Part shown: positions 1-13,720 of the stretch, one piece after another | Numbering within the stretch: position 1 is the first letter of the stretch | How the letters are laid out: the number at the start of each line of letters is the position of its first letter | Assembly: GCA_963924565.1 (NCBI GenBank) | Contig: OZ004613.1 | Span: 23,126,001 to 23,190,000 of the forward strand | Direction: 5' to 3' | Source of the DNA: Ascidiella aspersa | Taxonomy: Eukaryota | DNA length: 64,000 nucleotides | Notes under the pieces: model-generated | Databases searched by the model: none | Told to the model about the DNA's origin: nothing | What the model saw: only the letters and a program-made list of their open reading frames with translations | Translations under genes and position numbers: made by a program

Positions 1-330
1 ACCGCTTGTTTGCAAGAGGCCGCGATCGACGCGCATTTGCGTGCAAAGCCCGGTAACCTTATCGCGCAAACTTGCGCGCCGGGCGAAACCGATCCGCCGT
101 CGGTCACACGCGCTGACCAGGGCCCTTTGAGAGCTCCCTGGGTGACGTCACTCTCTATTGTGGCAGCTATTTGACGACATAACACCAGGCACCCGGACCC
201 CGGGGACGGGCACTTGTCCCGGTCTTGCCGACTAATCAGCATCAATCCTGATCGGGTTTCCATTCTTCGCCTTGGAATTTTTGCGCGCTTTGACAGAAAC
301 GGCGGCTGTTATTCTGTGCCATCGGAATTT
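1..330. promoter_or_regulatory. CpG-rich promoter/enhancer-like block with CRE (143-150)
   Basis: High CpG density and TGACGTCA; no linked gene identified inside the window. Confidence 0.35.
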
Positions 331-3300
331 CCTGTTGCGACGTTTTTTTTAGATAATTTGGAAAAAAAAATCGTGATTATTTCCTTGCAGAATAGGCGAA
401 TCCGTTTTATAATAAATTCCACCCAAAACACTATGGTCGTGCGTTATTTTTGTTTAATTTGGAAAATCACCAAAATTCCTAGAATAAAAAGTCTTTAGCC
501 TGTATTTTTTTTAAAACGAGCCTTTCGTGTATTTACGTCTAACTATTATGTAATTTTGTTGTGAAAATCTCATATTGCAGAAACTGAAACTGCAACGAGA
601 AGCGCGCAAATGTTTTTATCAAAAAAGTATGTAAGTATAATAAGCGCACTTCTCTCATTTCATTTATGCCTGAAAATAACCTGTTTAGTTTTTTTTTAAA
701 TATTGGTTAAACAGCATTTACAAGCCGTTGGGACCACAAGGTTTCAAATAATTTCATATAGATGTCTCCACGACTTAAGTTTAGTGAGCCAGGTTCTTGT
801 TCACAAAGTACCAACATCATCATGGGCAAGGCCAGACCCAGGAAACGGGGAAGGTGAAAATTTTGAGGGTTGTGATCGTACCGTGACGTCTTATAACAAT
901 TGATCTTTAATATAACCGTTGTAAAAAAATAATGCCGTTCATTTAGTTTAAATTGGCAAAACGTTTCAACTTAAAAGAACACGTGAGACTCGCACATTGA
1001 TCACAATACCAACACTTAAAGTTTTATTTAACAGAACTTGCACGTTGTATAGAGTTTATGGCACATAATAACTATAACGTTTCATATCTTTCTCCATTTA
1101 ACAAGGCCGCCTTATAAATAATTTTATTTACAGATACGCAACGAATCCTAGAAAAACAGGCCGTTGTAAGGGATCCGGCTCCTTTAGAATTTTAGATATA
1201 CCGGACGAAGTGGGCCGCTGCATGTGGGTCTCAACGCAGAAGCAGCTCACTTCGTTTATTTTTTGACGCCTTGACAAATCACAACATCTGGCCTTTTCAC
1301 GGCCGCTGCCAATCCGTCTAAACCTGACCAGGCGATCAAAACAGACCGGCGGAGTAATGCCAAACGTAAGGTTGGTTTAGTAGCTGGTCTCCTATGATAA
1401 TCGTCGTAATGTTTGTATGATCTCCGTAATTTTGGTGAAAGTGTGGATTTTCGACTCACGACCGAGATTCATTTCGTAAAAAAAAAAACTTATTTTCTTG
1501 TTTGTTCGATGTTTTCAATTGTAGCTGTTATGGTTTGTATTTGCCACAATGTAGCGATCCCGGTTAGTTACGTTTTAACCAAACTAAACTAATGTTTACT
1601 ATAAAGTAAAAATGTGTTACCTAAGAAACTGTATTATAAAGGAGGATGGCTATTTTGCTTTTAAAATTAACGCTGTGAGATATAAATAACATAAAACTAT
1701 TTCACAAGTACTTCTTCTCAACGCATACTGCAGTCTTAGAATTCTCTTGATTATGAGCTATGACAAATATATACATTTTTGCATATTAAAAATTCAGAAA
1801 TTGTTCTGAGATTTACAGAGTTTGCAAGAGAGACGCTTGGTGACTTTCGCAACTCGACGTTACTCGTCGCTTAAGCTTAACATAAGACAATCAGTGGATT
1901 AATGCACTAATAAAAAAATCATACATATGCATAAAAATATATTGTTCACAACTGATCTACGGTAAAATAGAGTTGCATAATAAAAAACAGGCCTTTATTA
2001 AAATAACTGGAGTTGCTTATCGAGGCTTCTATATACGATTAATGCTGAATACAATATCTAAAATGTATTTTTTTGTTCATTTTACTTCGTTTCTGTGGCC
2101 TAAACACCGAGTGACGTTGTAGCGTTTCGATTTACAAAGAACCACGAAGGTTAAAATAATATGTAAAAGAACTAAAAACGACACCAACGGTTCTCCTTGT
2201 GAACTGCAAACGCTTTACATAAAATATTCTGATGTAAAGCATACTTTGTATTTTATTTGTGTTTGTAGTTTTAAGCAGAACATGATACTTTTTACGGCGC
2301 AACTGAAGAATTTTGAATTTTAATTAAGTTGTTTGAGATTTTTTTAACAACTGGCAGTGTTGAAACAAGTATAGATCCAATAATAAACAATATAAGTAAT
2401 TGCAATATTTTCGCCGTGTTTCATGCTATGAGAATAAAAAGAAGCACTAATCGTGTATTTTTCACAAAGCAACCTAAATTACATTTAAAACACCCCACAT
2501 GGCGCAACGCGTGTCGGTTCAACGTATACGTCAGCACACCAACCCAATAGATTCCTGCATAGTTGCACCGCACCATTCACAAATAATCCAAGTTGTCATC
2601 AAACCCTCCGAAAAACAAACTTGAGGTTGGCGTCGTGCCTTGCGTTCCCCGGGCGACACCTGTTGTTTTGCCCGACGGTCATGAAAGTAATTTGATTTAA
2701 CGTCCGCATATCGCAAAGCCCCTTCCGTTAGCTGTTTGTGTAAATTCGCTTGACGGAAGCGCCGTCGAGAATTTTCGGGTGGAATAATAATAAAATCAGA
2801 CGTGATTGTGGCATGTCGCAAAAGCGGTTGTGGGCACTTCGTATAGAAAAATAATGCAGCCCTTGTGTGAGTATTTTGGGATCATATTTCCAGCTGCATC
2901 GCAGAACAACGTACTATTGTATGAAAAAACAACTTTTGGAAATTTTTAGTAAGATAATACCAGAGTTCAAATCTTACATTTTTAAACTTTGTTTAGTACA
3001 AAACGATGTTTTGCTTGCACTTTATATCTGTATTATTGCGAATTTTACTTGTCTTAAATTCGACCGGCAAATTATGTTGATTATTTCATGTAAAACTATA
3101 TAGATGCACACATGTACACCTAAACGCTCACAAAGAACAATGTAGAACACACAAAAATTAGAAAATTATGATGGTTATTCATACATTGTAGTCATTTTAG
3201 TCAATTTCTTTTTTTCAGATTGATACTCTCAAAAGTTACAATTTAGTTTAAAATTATATTCTTTTAAAATTTAATCCATTTGCGTTTTGCCTATTTTGGT

Positions 3301-6300
3301 CTGATACCAATTTAAGAAAAAAAATATTTTTATCCGGCAAAAAAAGCACACACAAAAGTTTGAAATGTAAATTAAAAAATATTAAGTTGATTGGTAAATT
3401 AATTTTTTAGTACCTTGAAAAAAAACAAAACAACAAAACAATCTCCAATCTGAGAGTTTTCAGTCCTATAAGCTTTTACAATTAAACGTATTAATTTATC
3501 GCATTTGCGCACTATACAGCCAGCACATGGAAATCACAAACCCAAATTCGGTTGTTTGCATTTCTACGGCAAGAGCAAGAGAAAAAGCGCCAGAAATTTT
3601 CGCAGCAGCGGTAATTAGTTCTGCCCTGGGTCGCGAACAAAGACCATGGTCGGGGGGAGAGGGGAAATACTTTAAAGCTTGGTCACGCTTTCGGGAAAGG
3701 TTAATTTGTACGGAAACTCGCTTCAACGCAAGGTAAACGACACGCAAGCGATCGTACGAAGTGAGCTGCTGTCGTTTCGGGCGATTTTTCGACCAAACCT
3801 AAGTTTATATAAACAAACCCCCCGAAATTAAGTTTGCTAATCTCAGAAGGTTCTTCGTGCATTTTACATTTTTATTTCATACTACATTTTTTATCTAAGT
3901 TAGGGCAAAACCAGTATAAAGAGGCAAAAAACAGTTATTTTAGATTATAGAAACAAATTAAGGAAATCGAACAAACTGCATAGCTTAAGCATTATGTAGT
4001 AAATTTTCATGCAAAAATGCTAAATCAAAGTTGTATTTTGATGTTGTATTTGTTTTATTTTGCACGTTAAACGTGACGGCAATTTGTGGTGATATTGTAC
4101 TTTTTATAGAAGCGTGATGTAAGGCCCTTTTGTCGAAATTTAATTGACATGTAATTTTGTTTTCGCACAAACAATTTCATGACTTTATTCCCGTTACTAA
4201 CAATATTTTTGACGATTTATGCCTCCCAAGTTTGCCGAAAAAGGAATACAAAATAAAAAAAAAGTATTTTTATTTTTTAAAGATTTAAAAAAATATTTAA
4301 TGTCACTGTCGGTATGCTTGTTGTTAGGGTTAATGGATTATTTTGATTTTTTTAAACGTGTGGCTGTGGCCTCACGAACATTTTTTACGGAAATTTGTCA
4401 AGCCGCTGATTGACCCTGGTGCAGCTCAATAGCGCAACCTACCGGATATTTGTATTTTAGTTGCAATACTACTCTTGGACATGTATATTTTTTTAATTGT
4501 TTTGTTAAAACAGAATTGGTCGTAAAAATATTTACTTTCCTAAAATTGGAACATCGGTTTAATTTATTATTTTATCGGAAGGCTTCAGACAGTGTTGTAA
4601 ACATGTAATTTGCAACATACCTCCGTTCCAAGTCTATAAAGAAAACTATATTCTCATTCTGTCTTTTTAAGTAAACTATTTCGAAAGGTGTGAATCACAA
4701 TGCAATTTCAATGTTGCTAACATACTATTGAATCGCGCAATTCCTAGCCTGCGTCACAAATCAAATATAAAAAAAATCTATCAGTAAACACGGTTCGTCT
4801 AATTTTATTGACAAACAATGCAATTCGTGTTGGTTTCATAATTCTAAAGCGAGATATTCTGTATTATTAAATACTATTCCGAAACCAGGAAATGCTTAGT
4901 GTTTTTACTATTAAAATGACCAGTATAAATTGGATGCAATATAAATTCAACTCATTCGAATAATCACTATGCGACATTTAGTACCGTCACATAACAATTT
5001 TTTTACTTTATTATTTAAGAGCGATAAGGGCGATGATATTCAACTACATTAAATCATATTGCCTTAAAATGAAATCCAGTTGTGTAAAGTTGTTCGAAGA
5101 ATGTAAAAACCGTGGTAATATATTCGTCGTTTTAAACATTTTCACCCGACAATTCAGTTAGGTGTCGCTCAAGAACAAAACTTGAAAAAAAATAATTTTA
5201 CCTTTACCTTCTGTTTTCTGTTTGTCGATGTGTGTTTTGTTGCTAGGTAATGCCAGCTTCAACGCAATATTTTTCATAATGTGTGATACCGACCACCAGT
5301 ATTAATTGAGCGAATCAAGTTTGCCACTGATTTTTTTGGTAATTTCGCAAAATAACGCTATTGTATCAGAAATAGGGATGTAGCCAAGCATCCTAGACTT
5401 ATTTACATCATCCATGAAAAAACTAGTAAGATTATGGTTTTTACATATTCATTTCTCGTTTTGTCACAGTGTTTGCTTAGCTGAAACTGTTTGATTTAAC
5501 AAAAAAATTGCGCTGCGCATTTCTAGTATTTTTTATTCTAGTGATGCCATATTTTGCGATTTTACACGGAGGTGTGTTACTTGTTTTTATCTAACGACAG
5601 TATGACGCTTTCGTGTCTTTCAGACTAACATTTTTGATGAACTTTCTCTAGTTGAACGAATATGGTTGTACGAAAACGCTTTAAAATGCCATACTTACAA
5701 AACAAATGAGCAGTCGCGTATCAATAATGGCTAGCCAAAGTGAGAAATTTCATACCGAGAACAAATATTGTTATAATGAGCAAGAGTATTTTAAGGCTGA
5801 ATTATTAACACTCCGGAAATAATAAAAAAATTCTAAAAATATATGAACGGTGTACAGTTAACTCACATAAAGATTTTGCCTGTTTTTGCTCGTGATTATT
5901 TTCATTGTCTAATCCAGGGGGGAACTTATAGTTACGCGGACTAATAAAATAAAATTTGGTTTGCGTGGACTATGGTGGACGTGAAGTCTTCGCAGATGAC
6001 GCCATAATAGAAGTAGACTGAGATGACGCCATTTTACATGCATACTAAATGAACCTGCGTTTTCCGGTCGTGCTTCCGTGCAAATATTCAATTTAAATGG
6101 AGTCTAAATGCACTCAAAACTATGTTTTTTTATCAATCGCCCTTTTTAAAAAAAAATCATTTTTAAAATCATTCCCCAAGGAGTCCATGGCCCCAGTTTA
6201 AGAACCTCTGGTTTAATCTAATGTATAGGTTTATTGATGAACTCGGAAAACGTAAGACTTTTAAACAATTTGAAATGATGAAAGCGAAGAAGAAGTAAAC

Positions 6301-6444
6301 TGTAGTGCGCAAACGGCCTGATCGTGCAGCGCAAGTGCAATGTGCATACACTGGTAAGCAGGATTATAATTTCGCTTGGAATTCTCATATGTTCAAGAGC
6401 AGACAATTTTAACGTTAAAACCACTAACGCTTTTCCGTTGGTTC

Positions 6445-6957
6445 CAGGGGTGGGGAAGCTGTGGGTCGCGAGCCATATATCGCTGTTTATGTTACGCCAT
6501 ATGACTCTTTTGATAAAATTATCTTGCTTACAAATAAATCTAAGCTCTCATTTATCAGCATGATCTGAATAAAACTGCTCAAAGTGATGGCCGCTTTCCA
6601 ACTTTTTTGTGCCTTTTTTATTACAGATAGTAGCATCATTATTTGGCGATTTTCGCGAATTTTATTACTGTAAGTATTTTCAGGAGTATTATCCCGTTAA
6701 AAAAATCTCTTTACACCCAAAAGGCCTTTCCGACGGAATTCTGTAATTGAAGTTTTGCAAACACAACTAATTCTTTTTTCGCGCTTAGTATGTCCTGTCT
6801 TTTAAATGAAAACAAAATAAATGGCCCAGCTCAAATTACTATAATTTTCCAACTATAACTATAGATGTAATAAAAATATTATATGGCTCTCAAGGTAAAA
6901 CAACTAAGTATATTTGGCTTTTATGGCTCCCTTTGCTAAACAGGTTCCCGACCCCTG
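6445..6957. mobile_element. hAT-type MITE, older
   Basis: TIRs CAGGGGTGGGGAAGCTG / CAGGTTCCCGACCCCTG; degenerate TSD GTTGGTTC/GTTTGTAC; GAGCCA/TGGCTC subterminal motifs. Confidence 0.75.
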
Positions 6958-7758
6958 GTTTGTACAATGTAAAGAGAGTCATGTCGATGATGCCAAATGT
7001 GCAAGTCCACAAATTGTAGTTGGCTTGGAGATTTAGCCCTGCATACACGGCCCTTTGCTGTTAAAATCATTTTTCTGAAGTCCTGCAAAAGCTAAAGGTT
7101 TTTTCACAGTTGGGGTTTAGAACGATTTTTTACACAACACTTAAAATGTACAACTCAGAGAGAAACACATAGAGAAAAGTTGCGCAAGTTTGCAAATGTA
7201 ACTGAACAAATAAAAAATCCGCCTTATGCCTTTCAACTAAGGCTTACAGCTTAACGAACCGCCGCAAAATGTCCTCGACAACTTATCCAACTTAATTTGT
7301 TTAAATACCCGATACAAACCATTTAAATAAAATTAAAATAGGCAGTAGTGTAGATAATTACAAAAGGACAACCAACAATAACAGATGTTGTAAAGCTTAC
7401 GAGTCATGCAACCAAACGTGTATCAGTAAATGTTGACAACGGGTCGGGGCATCCGATTAGCAACAGGCCGTATTTAAAACATATATACGCTACTTTTTGA
7501 GGGAAAGTTAACGTTTTTAAAAATCAGCGATAAAACGGCAATATGCAGCGCGACTAAGAGCGGAAATAAAATGGTGACGATCACTTGCAGCTGCTAAAAC
7601 TGGAAAAAACAAAAATAGGAGCGGTGCTGGAACCGTTGCCGTCACGGTCCGGTCAAACGCGGAGCGGCGAACGCGGAAAACTTTGCGGAATGAGTGAAAT
7701 GCGGAAAAACGATAGAAGGAGAAACGCTAACGGACTTGGTTCTTGTCGAGGGTCGAAT

Positions 7759-7841
7759 CTAGGAGAGGAAAAAGGACCAGGCGTGGCACTTGCGCTTGCA
7801 AAGGTGGCAGAATCGCGCGATCATGAAGCGGCTTCTGTTGA
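7759..7841 (-). CDS. Secreted cysteine-rich cationic peptide precursor, terminal coding exon (VNRSRFMIARFCHLCKRKCHAWSFFLS*)
   Basis: Very strong acceptor (ctcttttttgttttgtttttatggcag). Phase 1 matches exon 15375-15222 and supplies three Cys that mirror the first three. Followed by T-rich, UTR-like sequence. Confidence 0.7.
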
Positions 7842-10800
7842 CTGCCATAAAAACAAAACAAAAAAGAGTTGTAGTTATGGAACATTAAACATACTGGTTG
7901 TGCTACCAAATTTATATGGGTAAAAAAACTTAAATAAAACCACCAAAAACTACCACTAAAACTATTCAACACTTTAGAAGAAAAACGTAATCCTGTTCGA
8001 GAAAGCTAAATGTGTTTGTTTGCTTAAGTTTTCAATAAGGGCTTTTTCTAGCTTTGTACGTTGAACGTTTAAACTGAACGAAACAATTGATGATGCCCCT
8101 TAAAGTTTTAGCTTTACTTGGTTCTATGCTCTTCTGGGCAGTGATAAGCACAAAGAAACCTGCTGTCAATTGTTTCCTATTTCATAGCAATACCACAACG
8201 CAAATCATTTGTTAAAAAGACTATAAAGGTTTTTTTTATCATTTTTCCCCCTTTTATTATTTTAACAAAGAACTAAGAATAAACTCGCGTTTAAGGCCAC
8301 GAACTTCCTGTCAAAATTAAGAGCTTGTTGTAGCGATGAAGTTTGTAACTCTACAGTTCTGAACAGCGGGACGGACGCCCTTATCTCTCAACACCAGCAA
8401 AGCTATTCCGGGCCAATATTTATACGAGTGTCAACAGCCTACGCATCAAAAGGCCACGACTTCTGACGGGCCCGATTTCGGTTGTATGGATTATGCGCAT
8501 TAATGCACACATAATGTTAGTTTTAACTTCTAACTTTCTTAAGTAATAAAAAAAGCGAAAGACACTCGAGCAATTTTTTTGCACGAACATTTGCTTGTTA
8601 ACGAGGAATTTAGTTAGGATTCTATAAACTTTGTGTTTACCTATGGGGTGGCGTTCATTTTTATGGAAGAGACAAATCAAACATTTTCAATGAAAATAAT
8701 TGCACACCTTCATTTGAGGGATTTTTTGTTAACAACAGTGATTGACTCACCAAACTTCGTTTATAAAAAAAAAGAAAAGTTAAAATATTATCAAAAATTA
8801 ACATCGTGTTGGCTGAAAAATTAACCAATGAGCCAGATCTGGCAAAATAAAATAGACAAAAACTATATGTTGTAAAACTACTTTATAATGTAGATAAACA
8901 GCAGGTTTACTTTTTATATAGATTTACAAAAAGCCACAAAACTGCAACACGCTTGATTTTGTCAACCTCGAGATTAAGAAATGTAGAAAGTCAAGATTGA
9001 AAAGCATAGCGCAAGAGATTATCATTATTCAGCACCCTGATTCAATAAAACGCCAATGTTGTCATAACACAAGCGCCAGGTGAGTCCTCAAAGGGCCTTG
9101 GCCTGTTTTGCTTTGTCGTATCATCAATATGTCTCGACATTTTGTGTATTTAAGCCTATGCGATAGAGCCACCGTAAGACCGCCACCCGTAGTCAAGGCT
9201 ATGGGCCAAACGCTTGCGACAATAAGCAAAAATACACAAAATTCTTTCATATGAAAGCTTTGAGGGCTCTATGGCGCTTTGAAGCTATTAGCAGTTTTGA
9301 GGCAAAGCCTTTATAAACGGGGAATCCGCGCAGCACCAGACTCTATTCAATTTGCCACTGGGCTCAGTTACTTAGAACATTCATGACATATTAGTTGGTG
9401 CGTATATTGCAATTTAATCATCGATCTTCGAAGATGAAATAAACCCGACCTCCCAAGGAGCAATTTTATTATGCCGATGGGCCGGTAAATACCAAAGCCT
9501 GCCACCTACGACTTAGCGAAGGTTTGCGGCGAGACTGGCGCCATGTTTGTTGGCCTTTGTTTATTTTCACACATCGAACCGCACTTGACGTTCATAAAAT
9601 ATGTATTTTTTATCATGCTTTTGAAAAAGTATATACCTTTAATTTGTCCAATTCGCCAGGCGCTAAAATTGTAGCTGAGTGTTTTAAAAAGCTTCTATAG
9701 AATTAAGCCTAGAGCAACAACAGCGAATTCGACAGAGCGGCAAAAATATTTGCGAAATCATCACTTCAATATAAATCGAACGATGAAATGCTTTTATGAA
9801 CTGGCGATGCGTGTAAAGGCCTTTTATTCAAGAAAAAAATTTACAGTTGCGCGCTTTTGTTAACCACCATTCGGGTACACCCCTTAGGCTTAAAACTTAT
9901 AATTTATAACCAATAGTTTAAAACCGAAACTCGTTAAAAAAGCATTGATGTGTTCCCAGTCGGTAGAGCTAAAGCTTTTATAATTATCATTAAAAGTGTC
10001 TGAAAGTTAATATCTATAACACAACTTTACAGGAACTTAGTTACAATTTTCATGTTACTTGACGTTACCTCATTAGTGTTCTGTAAAATTGACGTTTGAT
10101 CAAAAATTAAACTGTATTTTTTTGTAATTCGCGACACATAAAACAGTTTTAAATGTTAGATTCGGATGTTGGTTACGTACAAGATAGCTAACGGGCGTGT
10201 TAATTGATTTTTGTGACTTTGTGCTAATTGATTTTTGGCGTTGTAAATTGAAAACCAAAACTTTAAATTGCCTCATATGTTATATTAGTCGGGGAGCAAT
10301 TTGTCTTCTTTAGTAAGCTAACTATACCTTTGGGTAAAAGTACAAAAGGAGTGAGACAAAAATATCCTTACAGGAACGCATATAGTTTTTGAGATAACGT
10401 CATAAAGTTATATTGTAACATGACGTCCCAAAACAATCGCGTACAACCTTGTAACTGAATTTTCATTGAAATTTTTTTTATTGAAGGTAGCGATAAAGCA
10501 TAATCGCAAATTTTAGCTTGGTGAAACAATGTTTTACTGGAATGCCATTCCGGCGGTTACTCAAAAAACTTAAGATAATTTTTCACCAATTTGACAAAGA
10601 GAGTGCGGTTACATCAAAATTACTTGTTTCAACATAGTTATTTAGCTATGCTAACAAAATAGCATTTCTTGCTCAATATTGCCGCCATTTGACCTGACTT
10701 GTCGTATTTCGCTTGGCGAGCATTCTCAACGCCGCAAGTGCATTGTTGGTAGGTTGCCAGTTTTAAAATTTGTTTTGCGACCGTTTACTTTTAGTCTAGA

Positions 10801-12517
10801 ACGAATATTTGTTTTAAACTGTTCAAAACAAGAGAAGAAAATTAAAATTCAACTTTTAGATATCCAAGCAAATCCGTGCCCTTAACTCATTCCTAAAATG
10901 GTTTGTTGTTTAGTTTGGCAGGCGACCGACACTTGAAACTGGACTTTACTATTTTCGATGCTCGGTTTACGGTTTCTTGTTTGCCGTTCACTTAGGGTGG
11001 CCGGGATGGTTGCTTATTGTACACCGCACAGCACTTAAGAGGTTGCTGCGTGCCAAAACTACTCGCAGCAAAGCGAAAAAACACTTGCTTCCTCATTTGC
11101 TGTTTACTTCCGTGTTTGTTTGGTATCGAGGCGTTCTGCATGTTTAAGAGATGTGCAGTAAACAGCCTAAATCGGCAAAGGATAATGTCCGAAGCAGAAT
11201 ATAGGCCTAACCAAACATTTTTTTACTCAGTTTTTCAATTATATTTTCAGTGCAGATTTATCAGATTAATCGTCTCGAAATATTGATTTAAATGTCTTAA
11301 ATTAATGTCGTATATCCGTCAAAAATTTGCAGAGCGGCTTAATTCTCAGGTCAACTGTAACGCATTAACGCCGACCTACGGGCCGAGTTGTACTTTGCTA
11401 CTTGGAATCTGCGCAAGATTTAAAATTAAAATTATTCTTGCATATTGAACGGACATTTTTGCCAATCTACTTTGATCTGAAGAGAGCCGAACAACTTTCA
11501 ATCGCCATCGACCGAATTTGTCGAGGGTGCGTGTATGCATTCTGGACATTTACTTGCATCCATATTGTTTATATTACTTTGGTGGAAACTTTGTAAACTT
11601 TCCTGAACAAATTGCAGTTTAATCAGGTCGATTTCCATCGATTATGTGATACTGTACGTGTGTCATAATTTACTATGACGATCATTATTTAAAAACAAAG
11701 CGAAAATTTTGGGCTAAGCGTGGTAGAATAAATATCTTCTGATTTATGAATGAATTACAAATTGACTGTGGTATATTTTGACGGTAGAAATATTCTTTAT
11801 AGTGGGCCTACTTAATGTTTTTTACTCATTTTTCTAAACTATACTTCACAGGTTTATTAGACTAATTGTCTTAAATTATGGATTGAAAGAACCAACAGGA
11901 AGTGAAACGTAACGTTTTGGTTGCTTGCTTAACTTTACATATTTACAGTACGGCACTTTAACATATTTACAGTATTAACATCTATTTTAAAGAGAAGTTT
12001 TGGTTATGTTCGCATGTCTTCTCAAAAATGACAAACGGTTGCAACCGATAAGGCAATTTTGTTTTGAACCCTCCAACCTAACGCTATTTGCCTCTCGCGA
12101 ATCGAAAAACAACCCCAGGTAAACACTTACTGTTAAAGGGGGCCAAGCAGTGAACAACCAGCAGCCTTAAAGCGTTATCCATGTCGTTGACCGCTTAATA
12201 AATATTATGTCGCGATTGCGGTGCACCGTAAAACGAATAAGGGTTGGTATTGGTCGCACGATGAACCAACAGGCTTGTTTGAACTGCGGCGCCCGTTTAA
12301 CCAACGCAAACGCGAGCGGTTTTGGTTCGCGCGACCGCAAAACGAAGCTGGAATGACGCGGGGGGTAAAAACTATACTTTCCCATATTTTCTGGGGTGAT
12401 TTTTGTGTTCACTAATTTAGGACGAGTTGTTTAGCAAAGCAGGGCCGACCGTAATTCATCTAAAAACCTGATAACTTAGTGTCTGTTCTGTTTTGTTTCA
12501 CAGTTTTACCTCTAGAC

Positions 12518-12864
12518 AGTGTTGCAAACAAGTCATTGTTTAAGTAACTTAAGTCCCAGTGATGGATTTTTAAATAAATAAGTCAAGTCCCAGTCAAGTC
12601 ATAATTGAAATAACTCATTTACATTCCTGGTCAAGTACTTGTCATAAAAAATTAAACGTTAATAACTCAACTAGAAAATAGTAAAAAACGCAACCTATAG
12701 CAAGAAAATTGTTTTATGTGCAAAACTTAGGATAAATAACCCAATTGTATAAATAAATGCTTGGTGAAAACGCTTTTTTAACCAAAATGATTTGCCCAAA
12801 AGACTGAAAACTATAACTTTAGTGCACCTAAGTCAAGTCATCTACTTAAGTCTTTTAACACTTG
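12518..12864 (+). repeat. Dispersed repeat family C (AAGTC-rich, CAGTGTTG end, probably a MITE)
   Basis: AAAAACGCAAC..TTATGTGCA..GATAAATAACCCAA recurs in reverse orientation at ~46070-46135. Confidence 0.65.
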
Positions 12865-13561
12865 CCAAAACCACTCCTGCATGACATTAACATGGTAATA
12901 ACCCCTTTCCTGAACTAGTGTTTTTAACCCTTAATGGTGACGTGGCTAGAATATTTGATTTCCAACCTGACGCGCATCTTTGCGGTCTTTAAAAACACCC
13001 TTCATACAAAGTGTAAAAAGTACCCTAAGTGTATTTACCATTAAATTTTTACGCAACACTGTACGACGTTCAAAGTCCGACAGCCCCATAAAAGCTAAAC
13101 TGGCAAAGGTGAGTTACTGCATTGCGTGTTTCGGGTGTGTCAAAATATGGCCTTGTCCAAAACCCACCCAGGGTGACATGACGCCGCATTTATCTTTGAG
13201 TGCGGATTTCAAGACTAAACCTGATAAACTGCAAGTTGTGGTGGAAAACATTTCGATACCACAACGAAAGAAACAAATAAGAGGGCTCGCGTATCTTTCA
13301 ACGGCAGAATAATGGACTGCCTCTAACGGAATGCATTACGCCGGCTCACATATATCTTCATAAGTTCGTATAGTTAAATTAAAAACAATCAGTTTTTAAA
13401 AACTGGATAATAGTATCGTTATAGTCGACGTGTCAAACACTTTTTAAAACACTAGGAAATCATTAATCCTATTAGCAGTGAACAATAGTGAGCATCATAC
13501 AGGGATTATAGGCGATAGAATAATATGTAAAACTCTCACTACATCAAAACTTAAACCAAAA

Positions 13562-13720
13562 GCTATACAGGCTCAATTGGTAGATCGACGGTCCCGGCTT
13601 GACCGGAGGTCGTGAGTTAGAACCTCACTGCAGGCTAGTTGTTTTTCTAGCTGCCCTCCGCTTGCATCTTTGATCGACAGATTCGGTGAGTGTGCAATGG
13701 CTTTCGGTGAACTAATGATA
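13562..13720 (+). mobile_element. tRNA-derived SINE, copy 1 (in the intron of the peptide gene)
   Basis: Aligns to 27126-27290 (GACGGTCCCGGCTTGACCGGAGGT...AACCTCACTGCAGGC...GCTTGCATC..GATCGACAGATT). Confidence 0.8.

Noticed and set aside
186-230. GCACTTGTCCCGG similar to miR-92 within a small GC hairpin
   Set aside because: The seed end (TATTGCAC) is absent and the hairpin is too short for a pre-miRNA.
7775-7815. FCHL..W resemblance to endothelin (CVYFCHLDIIW), tempting next to an M13 enzyme
   Set aside because: It lacks the endothelin C-x-C...C-x3-C spacing and the DIIW end; only four residues match.
11480-11602. Alternative downstream exon for the peptide gene (acceptor TTGTTCAG near 11603, minus)
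   Set aside because: In the required phase it gives only GKFTKFPPK* and leaves three unpaired Cys; the 7841 acceptor is much stronger.
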